Assembly (NCBI GenBank): GCA_964358525.1
Contig: CAYHPU010000002.1
Location: forward strand, 1 to 38,186
Source of the DNA: an uncultured Gammaproteobacteria bacterium
GTDB lineage: Bacteria > Patescibacteriota > Microgenomatia > UBA1406
DNA: 38,186 nucleotides
Direction: 5' to 3'
This document shows positions 31,612 through 38,186 of the stretch, in pieces; within the stretch, counting starts at the first letter, position 1; each line of letters starts with the position of its first letter. The notes beneath the pieces were generated by a model. The model was not told where the DNA came from and searched no databases. It saw only the letters and a program-made list of their open reading frames with translations. Both the position numbers and the translations under genes were made by a program.

Positions 31612-33491
31612 TCTCGTTGTTTAATAGTACTATAAATGTAGTTCCAAAAATTTGCTTGTCGAAGATTTTTAAAGCATGCTGCCTCAACCTGGGAAAGCCG
31701 CAGCGGAAATTCCTTATCTACTAATTGCTCAAACCCTTCTTTCCAATATGCGCGTGCACCTTTGCAATCTCCTTGCTTATATTTAATGATACCGAGCGAA
31801 AGATAGGTATCTTTGCTGCTCGTGATGCGATGCGCTTGTTTTAGAAAATAAAGTGAATTGGCATAGTCTTTTTTTTCAAAGTACTGTTTTGTGAGTGACA
31901 GAGCTCCTTTCCGAATGTAATCGCGCGTGTGCGCAATACCATAAAGAGGGAATTTCTGTTCCAGTATTTTGTTTTCGCTTGGAAATGCTTGAAAATAGGT
32001 TCGAAACTTTTCAATCGGTATCGACGGAACGTACTCCCCTCTTCGATATTGAAACAGCGGCCCTACTTGAACAAGTCCATCGAGATTAGATATATCATAC
32101 GTAATAAACAGAGGCCTCTTTTTACTATTAACTTTAATAAACTCGTGAACCGAGTGAGGTTTGTATGTGGTAATAATTCGATTTTTATTCATCCACCCTT
32201 TGTTTAACTGAAAGATGTGCTCAACACCAATAATCGACGTTGATATAACAGTAATGTCGGGACGAATATGTTCTACAAATGAGTAATATTCAAGCGGAAA
32301 CCGATACACATCTGCCGAAACAATAAGTATCGAGTTGCGAGGTAAGAGTTTTAGCGTCTCTCTCCCAAATAATTCTACCGTATTATTAGTTCGAACCAGT
32401 GAAACAAATCGAAGGGATTTCAAAGCAAGTAATAAACTTAGGATAAGCATTAAAGAAATAAAAGCATTTTTATACATATAACCGCTTTTCGACAAGAACT
32501 GCGAAACTGTGTTTGAAAACAGCACCAGTCCAAGAAAAATGAAAGGATACGACAATAAGTAGAAACGCTCGACTATTGCAATAGTAAATAACGCCTTATG
32601 ATCAACTACATATACAAAAAATAATAGTACACCCAAAGCAAGCCAACAATACAATATACATAAAGGAACTAATTTATTTTTATTGCTTCTAACTTCTAGC
32701 AGGATCCCCAATAGAGAAGCAGGAAGGAGAACTGTATACCAATCGCGTGCAACCGCTGTTACGTAAAGAAAAACTGATGAAAACCTATCCCCTAGTGGCT
32801 GAGTAAAACTAGAATCAAATAAAGTTAAAAATCCGTAGTTTTCTCGTAGTGCAATTTTGACTAATGACGAAAATGTATCTGTTCCCGCCCATGGCTGATA
32901 CAACGTCACATTGCTACGCAAGAAAAATAAATACGGCGCAAACCCACTCGCCAGTAAAAGTGCTGAAACTAAAATAGCTCGTCGAGTAAATAAAGACCTA
33001 TATTTGATTACCAAATAGATGAGCACCGGAACGTAGAAAAGCAAGATGTACTGATGAAACACGCCAAACGAGAAGACAACACAGAGAACCATACATTCCT
33101 GTATAGAAGTTTTTCCTGTCGTTATGACCCTTAAAACAAGGTAATTAATAACGCAAACAAAAAGTACCGTTACCATGAATACCTCCTGAGTAATTGAATA
33201 GAGGATCCATAGGCGGGTAGAAAAAAGTACTAAGACAATACTAATAATTAGTAGCGGGAAGATTTTCTTTTTAAGCAATAAAGCAGTTCTATATAAAAAA
33301 AAACCAGATGCAACTGAGCAAATAATAGAAAGTAGACTACCCGACGATACGTAATTCAAACGAGTAACTAAAGCAATTAATCTAATGATAAGTATATATA
33401 GAGGATAGCCAGGTGCGTGAGCTAAGAGAAATTGATATGCACTTGTAAGTAAGTCTCCTGCATCAACCGACCATAGACCACTCCAAAACAT
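31608..33491 (-). CDS. Polytopic membrane protein, DUF2723/TMEM260-like GT-C glycosyltransferase with C-terminal TPR repeats
   Basis: N-terminal ..DAGDLLTSAYQFLLAHAPGYPLY.. motif and more than 10 hydrophobic segments. The C-terminal soluble region has TPR-like repeats (YFEKKDYANSLYFLKQA..). Shares an ATGA overlap with pilD. Confidence 0.7.
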   Translation of the reverse strand: MFWSGLWSVDAGDLLTSAYQFLLAHAPGYPLYILIIRLIALVTRLNYVSSGSLLSIICSVASGFFLYRTALLLKKKIFPLLIISIVLVLFSTRLWILYSITQEVFMVTVLFVCVINYLVLRVITTGKTSIQECMVLCVVFSFGVFHQYILLFYVPVLIYLVIKYRSLFTRRAILVSALLLASGFAPYLFFLRSNVTLYQPWAGTDTFSSLVKIALRENYGFLTLFDSSFTQPLGDRFSSVFLYVTAVARDWYTVLLPASLLGILLEVRSNKNKLVPLCILYCWLALGVLLFFVYVVDHKALFTIAIVERFYLLSYPFIFLGLVLFSNTVSQFLSKSGYMYKNAFISLMLILSLLLALKSLRFVSLVRTNNTVELFGRETLKLLPRNSILIVSADVYRFPLEYYSFVEHIRPDITVISTSIIGVEHIFQLNKGWMNKNRIITTYKPHSVHEFIKVNSKKRPLFITYDISNLDGLVQVGPLFQYRRGEYVPSIPIEKFRTYFQAFPSENKILEQKFPLYGIAHTRDYIRKGALSLTKQYFEKKDYANSLYFLKQAHRITSSKDTYLSLGIIKYKQGDCKGARAYWKEGFEQLVDKEFPLRLSQVEAACFKNLRQANFWNYIYSTIKQRE

Positions 33492-33494
33492 GGG

Positions 33495-34037
33495 CTAGTA
33501 GATACACCAGTAGCAGTCTGTTGTTGCTCCATTCAGTTTACATGCTGGTGTTGTTGTGTTGTCGGTTATTGCATTTCCTGTAGCATCAAAACCGACAGTA
33601 GTAAACTTTGTATTTTTATCTGCTCCTTGGAAAGACTTGGCTTCAGGTTTGAAACAGACCATTAACTTTGAATCAAGAACATTTAAAGATATTTTCCCCA
33701 ATTGATCCGCCGCAAGCTCGGTAAAATTACTTTTTAACTCGCCGGCATTAATTAGAGGGAACACCCACTTGGTTGGATCTGCGGTGAGTAATGTTGTAAT
33801 TTGAACGGTAGGTGTTACTCCCCATGTACTGGGCCAACCACTTCGTTGTGCATAATAACGAATAGAAGCATTGTACATTTCTTGAACAGTATTTCGTATA
33901 CCAGTATCTGTACCCTTTTTAAACTGCTCGAATGGGTCTATGGCTGCAAGAAGCGCCACAGCAAGGGTACCGAGAAGTGCTATAACAATGAGTAGTTCAA
34001 TTAATGTAAATCCCTTATTCGCTTTCAGTATTTTCAT
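33495..34037 (-). CDS. Type IV pilin (candidate major pilin)
   Basis: MKILKANKG|FTLIELLIVIALLGTLAVALLAAIDP. First gene of the minus-strand pilus operon. C-terminal Cys pair. Confidence 0.82.
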   Translation of the reverse strand: MKILKANKGFTLIELLIVIALLGTLAVALLAAIDPFEQFKKGTDTGIRNTVQEMYNASIRYYAQRSGWPSTWGVTPTVQITTLLTADPTKWVFPLINAGELKSNFTELAADQLGKISLNVLDSKLMVCFKPEAKSFQGADKNTKFTTVGFDATGNAITDNTTTPACKLNGATTDCYWCIY

Positions 34038-34112
34038 GTAAGTTCACAATTTATAATGCTACTTTCCAGATTAATGCAATTTAAAACATTTGTCAAGAAG
34101 TATATTTTTGTG

Positions 34113-34118
34113 TAGTAT
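34113..34118 (+). promoter_or_regulatory. -10-like TAGTAT hexamer 7 nt upstream of the pilB ATG at 34126
   Basis: TAGTAT-TATTGTT-ATG with no SD. Confidence 0.4.
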
Positions 34119-34125
34119 TATTGTT

Positions 34126-35841
34126 ATGTTGTCTTATTCACTGAACAAGTTTTTGGAGTTTTTTGTGAAGAACTCCATTTTCAGCGAAGAAACCGCTCGT
34201 TCATACGAGATTGAGATATTAAAGTCCGATATTTCTCCCGAGGAATACCTTTCAAAAAAACACGCCACAACAGATGAGAATGTTGTACGTGCACGCGCGT
34301 ATGCTTTTGGAGTCGAATTCCTTGACCTTAAAACAACCGCCGCCTCCCCTCAAGCCCTGTCCATGGTACCGGAAATAATTGCTCGCGAACACGTACTTTT
34401 CCCTTTTGAATTTGACCAGAAGAATGGGCAATTAAAAGTAGCTATGGACGATCCGCTTAACCTGGATGTCCTCAGTTTTTTAGAAAAAAAGACGGGAATG
34501 AAGATTATACCGTTTTTGGCCCCAACGGTATCAATTCAGGAAGCAATTCGAATGCAGTACCGCCAAAATATATCTCCCACTGTTACACACGCGCTTGAAG
34601 AATTTACCGGCGCCAAACAAGCAGATCAAATACTTCACAACGACACGAGTATAGTTAAAGAGACGCCTATTGCTCGCTTGGTAAACACTATTCTTGAATT
34701 TGCAACAAAAGGAAGAGCTTCTGATATTCATATAGAGCCCCAAGAAACAAAAACACGCGTTCGATACCGTATTGACGGTATTTTGTACGAAAAACTTTCA
34801 TTGCCGAAGTCGTTGCACGAATCGCTTGTGTCCCGTATTAAAATTTTGTCACAAATGCGCATAGACGAACGCCGACTTCCGCAGGATGGCCGCTTTACAT
34901 TTAGGGTAAGCGACCAGGAAGTTGACCTCCGGGTGTCCAGTTTGCCAACGGTACACGGCGAAAAACTTGTTATGCGTTTATTAAAAAAAACCGGCGGCAT
35001 ACCTTCTTTGCCCGATCTCGGGCTCGATGGTGTTAGTCAACAAAATTTGGAATCTGCCATTTTAAAACCATACGGAATTATTCTTATTACTGGTCCGACC
35101 GGTTCTGGTAAAACAACAACTCTTTATTCAATACTTTCCCGACTTAATAAGCAAAGTGTGAATATTATGACTTTAGAGGACCCTGTCGAATACGAAATAG
35201 CCGGCATAAACCAAGTACAGATAAACGTGCAGGCAGGTTTAACATTTGCAAATGGTTTACGTTCATTTCTCCGTCAAGATCCTAACATTATTCTGGTGGG
35301 AGAAATCCGTGATAAAGAAACCACAATGCTTGCCATTCAGGCGGCTTTGACGGGTCATTTAGTATTCTCAACACTCCACACAAACGACGCGGCGACCGCT
35401 ATTCCCCGTTTGGTAGACCTTGGTGCCGAACCGTTTCTTATTGCTTCAGTCTTAACTGCTGCAGTAGGACAACGAATCATTAGAAAAATGTGTGTATCGT
35501 GCAAAACCAAATTTACTCCCCCCCCTGAAATTGACGCAAAAATTAGGCAAACACTAGAAAGTTATATTCCCCTTGAGTTTAAAGACAAACCTATTGAGTT
35601 GTATAGGGGTAAAGGGTGTGACGAATGCGGAGGAAGTGGTTATTATGGGCGAGTTGGTATTTACGAGGTAATTCTTATAAATTCCGAGCTCTCTTCACTT
35701 ATATTAAAGGGCGCTACCTCAAAAGACATAGAAGCGGTTGCGAAAAAGCATGGTCTTATTACTATGAAGCAGGACGGTTTTATAAAAGCTCTCAACGGAA
35801 CTACAACTATTGAGGAAGTACTCCGAGTTGCAGAAGAATAA
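34126..35841 (+). CDS. pilB: Type IV pilus assembly ATPase PilB/GspE
   Basis: GSPII_E N-domain, Walker A GPTGSGKTTT, tetracysteine CVSCK..CDECGGSG. Start set at ATG 34126 rather than TTG 34090. Confidence 0.92.
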   Translation: MLSYSLNKFLEFFVKNSIFSEETARSYEIEILKSDISPEEYLSKKHATTDENVVRARAYAFGVEFLDLKTTAASPQALSMVPEIIAREHVLFPFEFDQKNGQLKVAMDDPLNLDVLSFLEKKTGMKIIPFLAPTVSIQEAIRMQYRQNISPTVTHALEEFTGAKQADQILHNDTSIVKETPIARLVNTILEFATKGRASDIHIEPQETKTRVRYRIDGILYEKLSLPKSLHESLVSRIKILSQMRIDERRLPQDGRFTFRVSDQEVDLRVSSLPTVHGEKLVMRLLKKTGGIPSLPDLGLDGVSQQNLESAILKPYGIILITGPTGSGKTTTLYSILSRLNKQSVNIMTLEDPVEYEIAGINQVQINVQAGLTFANGLRSFLRQDPNIILVGEIRDKETTMLAIQAALTGHLVFSTLHTNDAATAIPRLVDLGAEPFLIASVLTAAVGQRIIRKMCVSCKTKFTPPPEIDAKIRQTLESYIPLEFKDKPIELYRGKGCDECGGSGYYGRVGIYEVILINSELSSLILKGATSKDIEAVAKKHGLITMKQDGFIKALNGTTTIEEVLRVAEE

Positions 35842-35842
35842 T

Positions 35843-36901
35843 ATGACAATTACACCAAACACACTCTTGCAAGAAGTTATTAACAGAAAAGCATCGGACC
35901 TTCATTTAATTCAAAATTATCCACCAACGATTCGAGTAGATGGTCAGTTAGTACAGCTTAAGATATACACTGACTTTTCTCCACAGGATATTATGAATTT
36001 TTTTCTTACCTATACCTCAAAAGAGCAACAAGAAAACTTCGCTTTGAACAAAGAACTTGATTTTGGTATACGGTATGGCGACTATCGTTTTCGTGCAAAT
36101 GCATATCAGGAAAAAGATAGTGTCGCGCTTTCTTTGCGGTTAATTCCCAGCACAATTCTTTCAATAGAAGATTTAAACTTACCTGCAATTCTTCATACTC
36201 TGGCAACACTTCAACAGGGTTTTGTTTTAATTACGGGACAAACTGGTCAAGGTAAATCTACTACTATGGCATCGGTAATAAACGAAATTAATACAACCCG
36301 TAGCGCACATATTATTACTATAGAAGACCCTATTGAATATATTTACCCAAAAGGTAATTGTGTAATTTCCCAGCGAGAGGTAAAGCGAGACACGTTATCT
36401 TTCAACAAGGCATTGCGCTCTATACTCCGTGAGGATCCCGATGTTATTGTTATTGGAGAAATGCGCGATTATGAAACTATGTCAATTGCATTAACGCTTG
36501 CAGAAACGGGACACCTGGTTATTTCAACGTTACATACAAATACCGCTGCACAAACAATTGACCGTATTATTGATGTATTTCCCGAAGAACAGCAACCACA
36601 GGTTCGCTCGCAATTGTCTACTGTGTTGCGTGGCGTTGTATGCCAGAGACTTATACCACGAATTGAAGGCACTGGACGTATTGTTGGCTATGAAATGCTT
36701 TTTAATAACCCTGCCGTTGCCTCTCTAATTCGTGAGGGCAAAACATTCCAGCTCGATAATGTTATCCAAACATCGGGAGAAGAAAATATGGTTATATTCG
36801 AACGATCGCTTAAATCGCTGGTGTTGAGCGGGAAAATTTCAAAGGAAGTCGCCCTGAAGTATGCATTCCGGACGCGACTAATGGGTGAATTACTAAAGTA
36901 A
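35843..36901 (+). CDS. pilT: Twitching-motility retraction ATPase PilT
   Basis: ASDLHL, GQTGQGKSTT, TIEDPIEY, REDPDVIVIGEMRD. Start at ATG 35843, 1 nt after the pilB stop. Confidence 0.9.
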   Translation: MTITPNTLLQEVINRKASDLHLIQNYPPTIRVDGQLVQLKIYTDFSPQDIMNFFLTYTSKEQQENFALNKELDFGIRYGDYRFRANAYQEKDSVALSLRLIPSTILSIEDLNLPAILHTLATLQQGFVLITGQTGQGKSTTMASVINEINTTRSAHIITIEDPIEYIYPKGNCVISQREVKRDTLSFNKALRSILREDPDVIVIGEMRDYETMSIALTLAETGHLVISTLHTNTAAQTIDRIIDVFPEEQQPQVRSQLSTVLRGVVCQRLIPRIEGTGRIVGYEMLFNNPAVASLIREGKTFQLDNVIQTSGEENMVIFERSLKSLVLSGKISKEVALKYAFRTRLMGELLK

Positions 36902-36908
36902 CACTTTT

Positions 36909-38126
36909 ATGCTTATTGAATATATTGCCATTGACCTTCGCAAGAAAAAATTGAGAGGTGTTCTTGAAACCGCTTCGCTCTCAGAAGCAAAGATGGTACT
37001 TAAGGAACGAAAGTACTTTATTTTGTCTTTGAAGGAACGAAAACAATCGTTTATTGAGCAAATGTATCCCACTAGAAAGGCAAAGTTGAATTTTGACTCT
37101 CTGGTCGATTTTACTCGTCAGATGGGTATTATGACGAACGCCGGCTTGAGCCTTGTTGACTCTTTGAATATTATTTCTACACAGTCTCGCGACGTTCCCC
37201 AGCGCGCAGTAGTGCAAAAGCTTGAAGAACATATTAAGAATGGAAATCCTATGTCTGTCGCGATGGCCGATTTTCACGAAAGTTTCCCCAACTACTATAT
37301 ATCCCTCATTAAAGCAGGAGAGTCCTCCGGAAAATTAGATGACGTTTTTTTACGTCTCGCCGACAATTTAGAAAAAGCAAAAGAGTATAAAAGCAAAGTT
37401 ACTGGAGCACTCATCTATCCGGCAGTTATTGTGATAGGTATTCTCGTTGTTGCGTTTATTATGATGACATTTGTTTTGCCGAAGCTTTTAGATCTTTATA
37501 AGAATTTTAATGTAACCCTCCCCTTCACTACACAAATGGTCATTGGGCTTTCAAACTTTATGCAAAACTACTGGATTATTGTGCTTATTTTTGTTTTCTT
37601 AAGCATTGGTGTAGTGAGATTTCTGCTCAATAATCCGCAAAATCAACGTGCACTAGATTATTATATGCTCAAGGTTCCTGTTTTTGGCGGTATTATTCAG
37701 AAATCTGTTTTGGTTGAGTCTACTCGTACATTGAGTATTCTAATAACATCTGGTGTCCCTATTCTTGAAGCCATTAATATTGTTAAAAGCACCACCAGTA
37801 ATATGCTGTACCGCGAGGCGTACGAGTCCGTATATAGTGATATTGAAAAGGGACGTAATTTGGGCGACGCGCTTTCTGAAACAGATTTGTTTCCAACTAT
37901 CTTTGTGCAAATGGCGAGTGTTGGAGAGCGAACAGGAAAATTAGACGATACGCTAATGCGTCTTTCCATTTACTTCCAAATGGAGTCTGAAATAGCAATT
38001 AAGACGGCAATGACGTTGATTGAACCGCTAATACTGGTCGTTCTGGGAGTTGGCGTTGGATTTCTCGTTTTGTCTGTCCTTACTCCAATCTATAATCTGA
38101 CCAGCTCATTCGGCGCAGGACAATAA
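36909..38126 (+). CDS. pilC: Type IV pilus platform protein PilC (GspF family)
   Basis: Two GspF repeats with TM segments, ..FPNYYISLIKAGESSGKLD.. and ..FPTIFVQMASVGERTGKLD.. Confidence 0.9.
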   Translation: MLIEYIAIDLRKKKLRGVLETASLSEAKMVLKERKYFILSLKERKQSFIEQMYPTRKAKLNFDSLVDFTRQMGIMTNAGLSLVDSLNIISTQSRDVPQRAVVQKLEEHIKNGNPMSVAMADFHESFPNYYISLIKAGESSGKLDDVFLRLADNLEKAKEYKSKVTGALIYPAVIVIGILVVAFIMMTFVLPKLLDLYKNFNVTLPFTTQMVIGLSNFMQNYWIIVLIFVFLSIGVVRFLLNNPQNQRALDYYMLKVPVFGGIIQKSVLVESTRTLSILITSGVPILEAINIVKSTTSNMLYREAYESVYSDIEKGRNLGDALSETDLFPTIFVQMASVGERTGKLDDTLMRLSIYFQMESEIAIKTAMTLIEPLILVVLGVGVGFLVLSVLTPIYNLTSSFGAGQ

Positions 38127-38134
38127 CATGTGGG

Positions 38135-38163
38135 GAGACCGTTCAATTTTGGTCTCGTTTTTT
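38135..38163 (+). terminator. Rho-independent terminator after pilC
   Basis: GAGACC-GTTCAATTTT-GGTCTC followed by GTTTTTT. Confidence 0.7.
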
Positions 38164-38186
38164 AACTACTTTGTAGTATACCAAAA

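Overview
AT-rich bacterial chromosomal segment. Gene content and style suggest a reduced-genome CPR/Patescibacteria-like organism; this is an inference from the short EF-Ts, a secretin-less type IV pilus locus, salvage-type enzymes and small GC-rich palindromes in AT-rich DNA. Standard genetic code: TGA terminates several conserved genes.

Layout:
- 1-8.6 kb: tRNA-Gln, then a loosely packed accessory region. It holds an orphan ParA-like ATPase, a promoter/terminator-bracketed structured RNA or 29-aa Cys-rich peptide, a decayed PhzF-family gene, a 479-aa orphan protein with cytidine-deaminase-like motifs, an SPFH protein, a VOC protein, a GIY-YIG/GNAT fusion, a HAD hydrolase split by one in-frame TAA, an EamA transporter and a secreted SNase-type nuclease.
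- 8.6-24.5 kb: housekeeping genes. These are tsf-rpsB, galU, a GT39-like GT-C glycosyltransferase, glyA, a deoxyribosyltransferase-like/thymidylate kinase fusion, secE-nusG-rplK-rplA, a class A PBP, recG, rpmF (missing from the ORF track), nusB, rnc and rpsP.
- 24.5-38.1 kb: a compact type IV pilus locus. It contains pilMNO, three minor pilins, a tandem array of five GspG-like pilin paralogs, pilD, a DUF2723/TMEM260-like GT-C membrane protein with TPRs wedged between a pilin and pilD, and divergent pilB-pilT-pilC.

Most interesting signals:
- the glycosyltransferase embedded in the pilus operon;
- the pilin paralog array with repeat-derived long leader peptides;
- families of GC-rich palindromic repeats, two copies of which are translated in frame inside genes;
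- a recurrent TATAAT-N5-8-ATG (leaderless) start architecture, including a perfectly palindromic bidirectional -10 element;
- the deaminase-like orphan protein.
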